64,000 nt of DNA from an uncultured Gammaproteobacteria bacterium. Lineage in GTDB: Bacteria; Pseudomonadota; Gammaproteobacteria; CAWCPV01. The stretch covers positions 1-64,000 of the forward strand of contig CAWCPV010000016.1 in NCBI GenBank assembly GCA_963797555.1, in the 5' to 3' direction. Positions 49,772-60,227 of this stretch are shown in pieces. The translations under genes and the position numbers were made by a program. The first letter of the stretch is position 1. Every line of letters starts with the position of its first letter. The notes beneath the pieces were generated by a model. It was given only the letters and a program-made list of their open reading frames with translations. It did no database searches and was not told where the DNA came from.

Positions 49772-50569
49772 ATGACCAGCGGCAGGCTATTCGACGTGAT
49801 TCCTTTCTGGGCGATCGGGGTGGGAACGGTACTGCTTGTTTCGTGCTCCATGCTAGTGGGAGTTGTCATCGCCCGGAGGCGGCAGCGGCGCTTTGAAGAC
49901 GGTGAAGATACGCCTGTCGGTACGGTGGTGGGTGCGACATTGGGTCTGCTGGCGTTCATTCTGGCGTTTACCTTCGGGATGACCGCATCACGCTTCGATA
50001 CTCGAAAAGAGGCGCTCTTCGACGAGGTCAACGCGATCGAGACCACATTCCTACCGACCGGCCTGATTCCGGAACCCCACCGCAGCGAGGTTCGTGCACT
50101 GCTGTGACGCTACGTCGACATTCGGGTCGATCTGGCTCGAAACCCCGCAAAGACCGAGCAGGCCGTCAGGGAATCGGAAGCAATCCACGGGCAACTGTGG
50201 CCGCACGCCACGGTCCTCGCGGACCTCGATCTCAAGAATGCCGTCATCGTGGCGCTCTTCATCCAATCGCTCAACGAGATGTTCGATCTCCAGACGAAGC
50301 GCGTCACGGTCGGGCTTTATCACCGCGTACCGACGGTCATCTGGCTCGCGCTTCTCGGTATTACGATTCTGGCGATGGTGCAAGTGGGATATTTGGTGGG
50401 GCGTTCGACCAAGGCCAACTGGCTTTCGGTTGTTACGCTCTCGCTCGCGTTCTCATCCGTCGTGGTGCTTATCGCGGACCTCGATCTCTCGGGAGCCGGT
50501 GCCACCGGCGCGATCAGGCTTAACCAACAACCGGTCATGGATCTCCAAAAACGCACGCGCGACGAATGA
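49772..50569 (+). pseudogene. DUF4239 / bestrophin-like membrane protein with internal TGA
   Basis: LGLLAFILAFTF...EVNAIET...IADLD; ORFs 49772 and 50249 are in the same frame across TGA 50105-50107. Confidence 0.78.
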
Positions 50570-50836
50570 ACTGGTTGGGCTGATGAGCAAGCTAGCGCAC
50601 GCGCCGGGCTCGACAACAGATGCCCCGCGTCGCCGCCCAGCCGTCCCCAAGAGGACGCCGGGACGCCTTCGAGCGCCCAAACCCGCCCTCCCCGTCTGTC
50701 CCAATGCGCGGAGACGCGTACGTCAAGTCGATCAGCGATGGCCGCTACACCGTGGTTTCTCCGATGGGTCAAGGATCGAAGTTCGACACCGGCCCTTCCG
50801 TCGGGCTTCTGATCGAAGGCGTGGACGTGGCGGTAA

Positions 50837-51070
50837 TCAGCGGGACCATGCAACCCTTCGACGCCGGAGCGCTTGGACCTCTTTGCGCAGCGGCTGCAGC
50901 GCCTTCTTCTGTTCCGCGAGCTGCGCCTCCTGGGCATCGAGGCGTCGCTGCTGTTCTTCGATAATGCGGAGCAGGCGCTGCGACTTGCTCGTCTCCTGCG
51001 CGACGCCCGGCGGCGCCACCATGCTCTGTGCCACAAGAAGCAGCAGAGCGGCAATGGCAGACGGGCGCAT
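50837..51070 (-). pseudogene. Signal peptide and coiled-coil N-terminal fragment of an outer-membrane (DcaP-like) protein
   Basis: Signal peptide then IIEEQQRRLDAQEAQLAEQ; the rest is missing. Confidence 0.45.
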
Positions 51071-51132
51071 GCTCACGCTCCTCCGTCAATGGTTCGGGAC
51101 TTCCGCGCCGGCAGGGTTCTTCCAGCCCTTGG

Positions 51133-51771
51133 CTATCGGTGCATGTCGATGGCGCCGAAAACACCCGTAATCAGCATTTGCACGCCGATCACCGCTAGGA
51201 TCAGGCCCATGATGCGCGTGGTCACGTTCAAGCCGGCCTGCCCGAGAAAGGACGTCAGACGTTCGCCGGACACGAAAAATCCGTAGGTGATCAAACAGAG
51301 GACTCCGAACCCCACGATGGTAACGACCATGTCGCCAATGCTGCCGGCAGACGCAAAGTTCATGGCCGTCGCGATGGTACCCGGCCCGGCGAGAATTGGC
51401 ATCGCGAGCGGCGTCACGGCAATGCCCAGCGCGGCCTCCAGGCTGGCCTTTTGGTCCGCGGGGGTTGGCTGGTGCACCGCCGATTGGTCACCGTGCAGCA
51501 TCTGGTAACCGATCAGGGCCACCAGGACGCCGCCCATGACTCGAAACGCCGGCAAGGTAATCCCGAAAAGGCTGAAGATCACTTTACCCAACAGCGTGAA
51601 GGTGACAATCAGGAGGAAGGCGAGCAGCACGGCCTTCGCCGCTACCTGCTTCTTGACGTGCGCCGGGTCCTCGGCGGTCAACCCGAGGAAGATCGGCGTG
51701 TTGGCGATGGGATTCATGATGGCGAAGAATCCCATGAACACCGACAGGGCGTGTCCGATTGCTTCTTTCAT
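51133..51771 (-). CDS. MarC-family membrane protein
   Basis: FAIMNPIAN, PLAMPILAGPGTI and TRIMGLILAVIGVQM motifs. Confidence 0.93.
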   Translation of the reverse strand: MKEAIGHALSVFMGFFAIMNPIANTPIFLGLTAEDPAHVKKQVAAKAVLLAFLLIVTFTLLGKVIFSLFGITLPAFRVMGGVLVALIGYQMLHGDQSAVHQPTPADQKASLEAALGIAVTPLAMPILAGPGTIATAMNFASAGSIGDMVVTIVGFGVLCLITYGFFVSGERLTSFLGQAGLNVTTRIMGLILAVIGVQMLITGVFGAIDMHR

Positions 51772-52469
51772 AAATGGCCCTCATCGAAAGGAGATTGGCG
51801 TCAACGACTAGGATCCCGAATTCCGTCCCAGACCCCGCCGAGTCCAAGCAACCAACGGCTGGTGACCCCCACCGCTCCGGAAGACAAGGGGCTCTCGCAG
51901 CCGAAAGGGCACTGGTCGAGTCTAGCGAACTGGTGTCTCTCCCTCGGACATCGCCGCAATGGGAGATTGCATTCTTAGCGTTCACCCAGCTCATCTAAGG
52001 CCGTGTCTTGCACTTTACGACTTTCCGGCGCCATCGTGCAGTACCGCGAGAGCCGTGACCGAAACCGGCAAAGGGCGCCGCGGAGCTTCGAGTCGTGACG
52101 CTTCTTGCGGGGCGTTGTGGCCTATGTCATCGTCACCCGCGATTACGACATTTGGACTGTGTGGACCGATCTCTTTGCCGGGATCCGGCGGGGACCTTCC
52201 CAACCGACCTGTGGTCGACTTCCTCAACTGCATGCGGACCGCCCAGATTTCCGTGGAGGCCAGGTTGAGTGATACTTGGCCTGTTCCTTACGGAGCCCCC
52301 GACGATGGGCCGGAGATTCGGCATTGCTTGGTGGGGAGCCGCTGGCGCCGCTCCGGCGATGGGGCAGGTTCTCGGAGCAACCCTCTACCAGCCGGCTCAG
52401 GGTTACTCGAAGTGTTCATAGCCAGACTTCTGTGCGGGCCTCCGGTATGACCATGTATGGTCTCTATAT

Positions 52470-52625
52470 ACGAGACGTTGCTTCGGCGTGGCCGCGCTCT
52501 CGGTCTCCCAGCGCACTTGCACTCGGCCACTGGCCGTCTGCACCGCGGCACACGACGGAACCATTTCTTGCGATCCCCACTTCAGCCTCGACTCCCCCAT
52601 CGGGTGACCCCCGTAATAGAGCATG
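52470..52625 (-). mobile_element. Short 5' remnant of an IS1380-like transposase
   Basis: GHPMGE...GRVQVRWETESAATP N-terminal motif, then truncated. Confidence 0.5.
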
Positions 52626-52947
52626 TCTGACAAGTGGAAATCGTCGACGGGCTTTGTGTGCCCATCCTGCCGGCGCTAACCATGACTACCATCGGTCGGC
52701 GGGGTCTCTCGCCCAACGCTTGTATTTCCTTGGCCAACCGGCCAACGTTGTCTGCTTTCCCCGAGGCGCTTGTGATCGCGTTGGTCGTCGTCGAGAGGCC
52801 CGAAATCGCGAGGTCCGCTCTGAGGGCGGTAAAGCGGGACCGAGGGCGGAGCCTGACCGCCTGGCTGGGCCACCCCGCCGGGGGCTTACCCGGTGTGGCC
52901 TTGACAACCGGTGCGCACCCACCGTCGGTCCCAAATTGCCATGTCCG

Positions 52948-53364
52948 CTATCCGAGATGAATCAGGACCTCCTTTTGACCATGCCTCGGCACCTCTACGG
53001 AACGCGTGTACTGCGTGCCAGCTTGCGGTATCGCCACGGTGTAGCGACCGGGGGGCAGCTCCGCATAGAACCAAGGCCCTCGAGAGGTGGCGTGCAAGAC
53101 GACGATGCCATGGCCATCCTCGATCATTACCGGAACGTCGGCGAGATAATCGCCATCGTGCTCGGCAAACACCAGCTTGAGGTCAAAGTCGCTGGCCGTC
53201 TCTTCGAGCCGCTGGCGGTCTTCGAGACCGACACCCCCACTCAGGTGGCGGAAGCCGGTGACCTCATTGACTGCGGGCGAGCACGCCGCCGTGGCGGACA
53301 GGCTAGGACCGAGCCCTGCCAGGCCCGCGGCCAAAATAGCGACTGCCACGTGTTTCGCATCCAT
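52948..53364 (-). CDS. Secreted protein with carboxypeptidase-regulatory-like (transthyretin-like) domain
   Basis: Signal peptide; LSGGVGLEDRQ...LKLVFA...GPWFYAELPPGRY; RBS GGAGG. Confidence 0.8.
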   Translation of the reverse strand: MDAKHVAVAILAAGLAGLGPSLSATAACSPAVNEVTGFRHLSGGVGLEDRQRLEETASDFDLKLVFAEHDGDYLADVPVMIEDGHGIVVLHATSRGPWFYAELPPGRYTVAIPQAGTQYTRSVEVPRHGQKEVLIHLG

Positions 53365-53571
53365 GGTGTATCCCTCCATCCAGGTATAGGCGGGCAAGCC
53401 CACCTACCCACCCACCCCGGCCGCGCATCGGCCGGGGAACTTCCCACCTCGGTGGTCAGCACGTGCACCAGCGCTGTGCTTTCAACTACAAAGAACTGCT
53501 GACTGGACCGATGGGTCCCTCGTGGAAGTTGGCGCCTCGCTAACGGCATTTGGCGCCTCAAAAGAGGGTCG

Positions 53572-54207
53572 TTAACACGAGCGACCACGGCTATCCCACG
53601 TGCCGTCGTCGCACCGATACTGGTATCCGTTCTGGCAGGAGATGCTGCCGTCCGAATAAGCCGTTGACGAATAGGGGCAGCTTCGAAGCATGCCTATCGG
53701 TTTCTCGACGACGATTTCTCTGGTCATCGTCGGCGTTTCCACAACGGTCTCTTTGGAGACCAGCGGCCTTTCCACGAAGACCTCCTGTTGATGAATCAGA
53801 ACCTCCTTTTGGCCATGCCTCGGCACCTCTACCGAACGCGCATACCGCTGGCCACCTTGCGGTGCTATTACCGTGTAATGACCCGGGGGCAGCTCCGCAT
53901 AGAACCAAGGCCCTTGTGAGGTGGCCCGCAAGATGGCGTTGCCATGGCTGTCCTCGATCACGACCGGAAGGTCGGCGAGGTACTCGCCATGAGGCTCGGC
54001 AAACACCAGCTTGAGGTCAAAGTCGCTGGCCATCTCTTCGAGCCGCTGGCGGTCTTCGAGACCGATTCCCCCGCTCAGGTAGCGGATGCCGGTGCTCTCA
54101 TCGGCCACCGTGACCATCGGAGACCCCGCCGCAGTTGCGGGCACCGCAGAGCCAAGCCCGGTCAAGCCGACAGCCAAAGTTGCTATTGCCAAGTCTCTGA
54201 ATTGCAT
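53572..54207 (-). CDS. Paralogue of 52948-53364 with an added C-terminal Cys-rich (DUF1496-like) domain
   Basis: Same core domain plus CPYSSTAYSDGSISCQNGYQYRCDDGTW; RBS GGAGGAGG. Confidence 0.8.
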   Translation of the reverse strand: MQFRDLAIATLAVGLTGLGSAVPATAAGSPMVTVADESTGIRYLSGGIGLEDRQRLEEMASDFDLKLVFAEPHGEYLADLPVVIEDSHGNAILRATSQGPWFYAELPPGHYTVIAPQGGQRYARSVEVPRHGQKEVLIHQQEVFVERPLVSKETVVETPTMTREIVVEKPIGMLRSCPYSSTAYSDGSISCQNGYQYRCDDGTWDSRGRSC

Positions 54208-54368
54208 GATCGTCCTCCTCCGTAGATTTCCCGCCCGACGCACGGGCGGGGAAGGTCCGGTGTTGCTCGGCGAACACCCCGACACGGGGGTGTCGGGGAA
54301 CCTCCCGCGCCGTTGGTCAGGGCGTGCACCACCGACGCGCTGGGAGGGTCCACAGGGCGGGTGACGCA

Positions 54369-54611
54369 TCAGTAGCGGTGGTAGTACCGGTGGTTGTTCG
54401 GGCTCGTGATTGCCCCGACAGCGGCCCCCGCGGCCCCACCAACGATTGCTCCGGCCGTCGGGCTTCCGCCCGTGACACCGCCGAGCAACGCGCCACCCGC
54501 CGCACCAATGGCACCGCCACTCAGGGCCCGCTGTTGCTGCGTCGTCATGTTCGAGCACGCGGCCATGGACGACAGCGCCAAGACGATGATGAGAGACAAT
54601 GCGCGTTTCAT
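54369..54611 (-). CDS. Glycine-zipper lipoprotein
   Basis: Lipobox MAAC; GGAIGAAGGALLG...GAAGAAVG. Confidence 0.85.
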   Translation of the reverse strand: MKRALSLIIVLALSSMAACSNMTTQQQRALSGGAIGAAGGALLGGVTGGSPTAGAIVGGAAGAAVGAITSPNNHRYYHRY

Positions 54612-54664
54612 CGGGACATCCCTCCTTCAATTGGCCACTTGTTTGTGCGTGACCCTTTGCGAAC

Positions 54665-54997
54665 TCACGGCTGACACGTCAGGTCCTGGAAATCCCAGGT
54701 CCCGTCGTCACACCGGTACTGGTAGCCGTTCTGGCAGGCGATACTGCCGTGGGAATAAGCCGTCGACAAATAGCTGCAGCTTCGCAGCGCGGGCACCGTC
54801 TTTTCCACGACGATTTCCCGGTTCAGGCTCGGCTGTTCAACGATCGTTTCCTTGGTCACCGTCGGCGGTACCACCACAGTTGCGGTGGACGGCACCGGCT
54901 TTTCCACCACGGTTTCCTTGGTTTCCTTCACAGTCTCGCTGCCGCAGCCGGCAACGGACAATGCAAATACCGGAACGAGTAAGGTGGCTAGCTTCAT
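54665..54997 (-). CDS. Lipoprotein with V/E/T/K-rich linker and Cys-rich (DUF1496-like) domain
   Basis: Lipobox VAGC, KETVVEKP repeats and CSYLSTAYSHGSIACQNGYQYRCDDGTW. Confidence 0.78.
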   Translation of the reverse strand: MKLATLLVPVFALSVAGCGSETVKETKETVVEKPVPSTATVVVPPTVTKETIVEQPSLNREIVVEKTVPALRSCSYLSTAYSHGSIACQNGYQYRCDDGTWDFQDLTCQP

Positions 54998-55685
54998 GTC
55001 CTGTTCCTCCGAATCACTGCCGACAGCAAAACGTCGAACAGTCCTCCTGATTAGAGACTGGGGTTTGCCTCGCCGATCTCCGGCGAGGCGTCGTCTAGAC
55101 TCGACCCGAGGCCGCATTCTCTCGCGCCGCAACGCCTCCAGCCCACTTCCCCGCTCAGCGTGTGCGACGCGCTGTTGCGAGGACTGCGGCCGTGGGGCCA
55201 CGGTTAAGTATCAGCAACGCCCGTGCCATGCCAGGTTTCTTTCGTGTGAACAAAGGCTTGCCGAGTTATCTCGAACGGTGAGGGGGGTGGCCGAACTCTG
55301 GCGGGCCGCCAAGCTGTCGTTGAGGTCCGACACTTTACGAGGCAGAACCGCAAGGGGTTGACTAGATGAGGAAATGTCGTCGTTCGAGGGCGACAGCCGG
55401 CGCATGGTTAGGGTAGCGGATTGCCACTGCAGTGGAGCCCGACAACCCACGGCTCTTGCGCCCGCCGGCCCCGCCCTGGCGTTTGAGGCTGAACACCCGG
55501 TCTCTAGAACGTGAGGCGTCCGATCATGTATATCGAATCGGCGGTAGCGGCGACGCACACCGGAGCCCGCGGCAAGCGGCGCCAAACGACCAACCGACGG
55601 TCTCGACGGACCTTGGTCCTTCGAGCGGCGGGCCAACGTCGAGTATGGCCCGGTCGATCGCCGTCCGGCAGCCGCCGCTGCGGCG

Positions 55686-56099
55686 TCACCCGCAGTCCTT
55701 CCGCACCCGCTCGATCTCGATCGCGCAGTACCGCAGCCGCTCATCGATGCTGTGCGCTAGGCCGTCAACTCCGTCTGACAGGCCCGGGGATCTCAGTGCG
55801 ACCGTCGTGCTGTGCTCCAGACGGCTCGGCGATGTCAGCTCCACGAGACTGCCATGGATCCAGCCTTCCTTGTCGCTGCCGAGGGCTCGGACACCCAGCC
55901 AGTTGCCCTCCCGCTCCAACTCGATCAGTGTGTCGCCTCGCCTGAGCTGGGTCTGTACGACCGTCCTTTCGGAGGGGCCTGCGCGGAGATTTGCGCGCGG
56001 AGCGGTCACCCGGTGAATGTCGCCGGGAGCCGCCAACCCCACCGAACCGATGCCTACGATGAGAACAAGGGCACCTAGGCCTTTCACTAACTTTTGCAT
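55686..56099 (-). CDS. Bacterial SH3-domain secreted protein
   Basis: Signal peptide; ANLRAGPS...GNWLGV...EGWIHGSLV. Confidence 0.78.
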   Translation of the reverse strand: MQKLVKGLGALVLIVGIGSVGLAAPGDIHRVTAPRANLRAGPSERTVVQTQLRRGDTLIELEREGNWLGVRALGSDKEGWIHGSLVELTSPSRLEHSTTVALRSPGLSDGVDGLAHSIDERLRYCAIEIERVRKDCG

Positions 56100-56179
56100 A
56101 ACTCTACCCTCCGCGTGATGTGGGTCCTGACTATCCGACAGTCTCGACCGATTTCGAAGTCAGCCCCTCTCTGGGGTGG

Positions 56180-56735
56180 CTACGAGGGGATCGGCCGAAC
56201 ACATCGGAACCTTTCACGGCCGCGACCGGAGATCGCCAGCCGGGTCTGTGCGGCACTTGCCCCGGGTCCCACCGACCACGGCGGGCCGGGCTGGCCCTGG
56301 TCTGGTGTCAAGAACGGTCCAAAAACGTTCACGATGGCTTCCTCCTTCCTCCAGTCGAGGGCAGTATCGCCCTGCGGCCTCGAAAGGCTTCGGGCAACGC
56401 CTGTGCCAAGGGCGGCGCGCTGACCAATGCGAACATATTGGATTGTCCTGCGCTCGAAGTTGCCGTCGAGCCGCAGCTCAATACCAGCGCGCCCCACAGG
56501 CCCGGCAACGCCGGTGGTCCCGTTGCAGGACCACGTGGTGGTAGACCCGACCTTCCCGGTACTCGGTGCCAAGGTGCCGGTAGCCACGAAGCCCCAGAGT
56601 GTGGTACAGAAAACTCGTCGTCGCCATGGTTGCCTCCTCCGTCCAGACTCCAACCCAGACAGAGGATCCGCCCCTTGGCGACGACTCCGCAACCTCAACC
56701 CACTCCCCATGAGCCATCCTTTTGCCGGATGAACC
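56180..56735 (-). mobile_element. ISL3-family remnant (left end and 5' transposase, frameshifted)
   Basis: End GGTTCATCCGG at 56735; MATTSFLYHTLG...CRACG zinc finger. Confidence 0.7.
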
Positions 56736-56808
56736 ATTTTTCCCTGCGCATCCTCGTCCGGAGATCTTCGGCCGTGTTACGCTAGCTGCGAGGAGGACGG
56801 AGCAGGCG

Positions 56809-59100
56809 ATGCACACGAAGCTGATGACCAGGGCGGTATTATGGCTCGGGGCGTTTCTGGCGGTTCCGGCGTGGGCCGTCGAGACCGCCCTCGACCTCTA
56901 CGTGGCCAAGCCCGATTCGGCCTATAGCTACCAGCACTATGCCACTGACGACGCCCTCGTCTACACGACCTACTTCCTCGAGATGGTGTCCCAGCAGTGG
57001 CGCACGGCCGCCGAAGTGGACCGCCCGGTGTGGGAGCATGAGCTGGCCATCACGGTACCTGCCGTGCTGACCTCGCCCAGCAGGCGCACCGCACTGCTGC
57101 TGGTCGACGGCGGCTCGAACGGGCATCAGCCGCCCACCCGGACCGACAACCTGATCAGCGCTCTGGCCCTGGCGACTGGCTCGGTGGTTGCGACGGTCGG
57201 TCAAGTGCCCAATGAGCCACTGTACTTCGCCGACGAAGGGGGCCGTGCGCGCAACGAAGATGCGATTCTCGCTTACAGCCTGGACAAGTACCTGGACACC
57301 GGCGACCCGGAGTGGGCGGTCCACCTGCCCATGACCAAGGCGGTAGTGCGGGCCATGGACACCATTCAGCAGTTTCTCGCGACCGAGTCCGTTCCGGTGG
57401 ACGACTTCATCGTGGTAGGCGGCTCCAAGCGCGGCTGGGCCACGTGGCTGACGGCGGCTGTCGACCACCGGGTCAAGGCCATCGTTCCGATCTCCATCGA
57501 CCTGCTGAACCTGGGCGAGCAGTTCGTCCATCACTGGGAAGCGTACGGCTTCTACACCCCTACTGTCGGAGACTACGTCGAGTTCGACCTCCCCTGCCGG
57601 GTGCAGTCCAAGCGGGGCAGGGACCTGCTGGACATCATCGACCCTTACTCTTACCGCGACCGATACACCATGCCCAAGCTGATCATCAACTCCGCGGGCG
57701 ATCAGTTCTTCACGTCCGATTCCTCTCAGTTCTACTTCAAGGACCTGCCGGGTCCGAAGCTGATGCGCTACACCTTCAACACCGATCATAAACAGGGGGA
57801 AGACACGCAGGACATCGCGAATCTGGTGACCTCGGCGCTTCTCTGGGTCGACGATGTCAATCACGGCCGCAGCGGCCCGCAGTTTTCCTGGACGTTCGAA
57901 GAGGACGGCGCGATCCGCGTCGAGACCGGCAACCCGCGGCCGAACCGCGTGTACCTCTGGCGGGCGACCAATCCCAACGCGCGCGACTTCCGTCTGGAAT
58001 CGCTCGGTCCGGCGTGGGCCCGCAGCAGGCTGTCCGACAGCGGCGACGGGGTTTACATCGGCAACGTATCTTCCCCCGCCCGAGGGTTCACCGCTTACGC
58101 GGTCGAGCTGCAATATGACGATGATCTGATCCCGGGCATACTCGCGCTGACTCAGATCTATACGACCGATGTGCGGGTGACTCCCGACATCCTGCCCTTC
58201 GCCGGAACCTCTTGCCCGGCGATCTCTCCGGGTGTTCTGGAGAATCCCGCGGCCAGCTCGTTCCAGAGCGGCATCGCCGTCATTCGCGGCTGGGTCTGCG
58301 GCGCCAGGGCAGTGGATGTGCAGATCGACGGCGCGAGCTTCTACGAGACCGCTTACGGCACTGTGCGGGAAGATACCGCAGGGGTCTGCGGCGGCACCGA
58401 TAACGGTTTCGGACTGCTTTTCAACATGAACCGGTTGGGCGACGGGACGCACTCGCTGCGGGCACTCGCTGACGGCCGGGAGATCGGCGCGGCGACGTTT
58501 AGCGTCAAGACCTTCGGCGTCGAGTTCCTGCGCGGAGCGAGCGGCACCTACGTGCTACCCGGCTTCCCCAGCACGGGCCGCAACGTCTCGGTGACCTGGC
58601 AGGAGAGTCTGCAGAACTTCTCTATCACAGCGGCCGATGGAGGTCCAAGCGTCGCGTCGATGCCGCCTCCTCGAGGACCGGCCCCGGGCGTCAAGGGTAA
58701 TCTGGAGAACCCGCAGCCCTATTCGGGGCAGAGCGGGATCGCGGTCATCTCCGGCTGGGTCTGCGAGGCCGACTACGTGGACATCGAGATCGACGGCGCC
58801 GTCCGGGTGCGGGCCGGCTATGGCACGTCGCGGCCGGACACCGTGGGGGTCTGCGGCGACGACAATAATGGCTTCGGCCTGCTGTACAACACGAATCGGC
58901 TGGGCGACGGCGTGCATACCATCCGCGCGCTGGTAAACGGTGTCCAGGAGATCGGTGTGGCGAGCTTCAGCGTCACCACGCTCGGCGAGGAGTACCTGAG
59001 GGGAGCGAGCGGCAGCTACTCGATCAGCGACTTTCCGTTCCCGGGCCAGGACGTGATCCTGCAGTGGCAGGAGAGCCAGCAGAACTTTGCGATCCGTTGA
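56809..59100 (+). CDS. PqaA-type (PhoPQ-activated pathogenicity-related) alpha/beta-hydrolase with two C-terminal repeats
   Basis: GGSKRGWATW nucleophile motif, IDPYSY and GDQFF; two roughly 130-aa repeats LENP...SGIAVIxGWVC...WQESxQNF. Confidence 0.88.
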   Translation: MHTKLMTRAVLWLGAFLAVPAWAVETALDLYVAKPDSAYSYQHYATDDALVYTTYFLEMVSQQWRTAAEVDRPVWEHELAITVPAVLTSPSRRTALLLVDGGSNGHQPPTRTDNLISALALATGSVVATVGQVPNEPLYFADEGGRARNEDAILAYSLDKYLDTGDPEWAVHLPMTKAVVRAMDTIQQFLATESVPVDDFIVVGGSKRGWATWLTAAVDHRVKAIVPISIDLLNLGEQFVHHWEAYGFYTPTVGDYVEFDLPCRVQSKRGRDLLDIIDPYSYRDRYTMPKLIINSAGDQFFTSDSSQFYFKDLPGPKLMRYTFNTDHKQGEDTQDIANLVTSALLWVDDVNHGRSGPQFSWTFEEDGAIRVETGNPRPNRVYLWRATNPNARDFRLESLGPAWARSRLSDSGDGVYIGNVSSPARGFTAYAVELQYDDDLIPGILALTQIYTTDVRVTPDILPFAGTSCPAISPGVLENPAASSFQSGIAVIRGWVCGARAVDVQIDGASFYETAYGTVREDTAGVCGGTDNGFGLLFNMNRLGDGTHSLRALADGREIGAATFSVKTFGVEFLRGASGTYVLPGFPSTGRNVSVTWQESLQNFSITAADGGPSVASMPPPRGPAPGVKGNLENPQPYSGQSGIAVISGWVCEADYVDIEIDGAVRVRAGYGTSRPDTVGVCGDDNNGFGLLYNTNRLGDGVHTIRALVNGVQEIGVASFSVTTLGEEYLRGASGSYSISDFPFPGQDVILQWQESQQNFAIR

Positions 59101-59373
59101 GGCGCGCTCTGGCTGCCTGGAGGCAGCCGACGCTGCGCGACAGCGTTCCCGGACGCCGCGCGGCTCGCTGAGGGGCGGTCTGCGCACCCGGCACCCGGCC
59201 CAACGGGGGTCGCCGCGCGCGGACGGCTATGCAAGGTGGCCTCCACGATGGCCGCCACCTTCTGCGGGCTGATCCGCAAGCGTGCGGCAATCTCGGCATT
59301 CGGCATCCCCGTGCGCCGCACGGCACTGTACCAGCAGGCCGATGATACGTAAAGTTAGTTATGAGACACTACA

Positions 59374-59809
59374 CTAGAAGAATTCGCCGGTCTGCCCAGG
59401 GAAGAACTCCAACTCCTCCATTGTCTTCCCCTGGGCGAGCAGAGCCACCAGCCACCCAGGCTTTCGGCCTCGGCCGGCCCACGTCTGCTCGGGGTTGTCT
59501 GGGTTGCGGTACTTCGCCTGGGCCGGCGCGCTGGCGCGGCGGCTCTTCTTTGGTGCCGTGCCCAGAACCTCCTCTACAGTGAAACCGTAGGAAGCCGCAA
59601 GCTCTCGTATCTCCCGCAGCGCGTTCTTCCGGTCCTTGACCCGCCGCCGGTTGAGTTCTTGCTCGAACGTCCCGGGCGAGCTGCCGCAGTTCCTGGGTGG
59701 AGAACCCCGCCAGTTTGATCTCCCCTGCAGTCGGCGGCTCCGCTTCCTTCCTCTTCGGCTCCGCCACTTCCGCTTTCCCCGCCGTTTTCTTCGCTGCCGT
59801 TGCCATCAT
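59374..59809 (-). pseudogene. hns: H-NS family nucleoid protein, frameshifted near 59668
   Basis: The second frame reads AKYRNPDNPEQTWAGRGRKPGW (H-NS DNA-binding motif); one extra T (GACGTTCGAG). Confidence 0.82.
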
Positions 59810-60227
59810 CCCTCCTCATCCCGTACACAGTGCTCGAGTATTGTTTCTGGCGCCGAGCAAGATACCTCGCTGGCTCTCCAGGAAGGTCCAGGTGTAATCG
59901 GCCACTTTCCACATCCACTAAAGCAGAGCGCCCTGCTGTCTCCTGCCTGGGAGCGCCTGGCAGCAAGGTAGACACCGTGCTCCATCAGCACTACCTTGCC
60001 CTTCGACAACCTCTCGAAATCGCCCATAAGCTCAGTCAACGCAATGCCGCATCCCGCATACCTGTTACACTGAAACCCGTACCCGACGCTATCGCTATTC
60101 CGGTCGGGACGACGACGGGCTACGCGGGGAGTTGCGCGCCGCGGTGGACCACTTCTTCGTCGGCGGGATCGAGACGCTCCGTTACTGACACGCCAGTCGA
60201 GCATTCACTCGGAGGCCGAGCGGACCT

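Noticed and set aside
50105-50107. Selenocysteine or readthrough TGA in the DUF4239 gene
   Set aside because: The context (ALL*RY) fits a CGA-to-TGA nonsense change at an Arg position, not a catalytic Cys or Sec site.
59016-59326. HTH-like fragment (NAEIAARLRISPQKV)
   Set aside because: Too short, no convincing start, and it overlaps the end of the PqaA-like gene.
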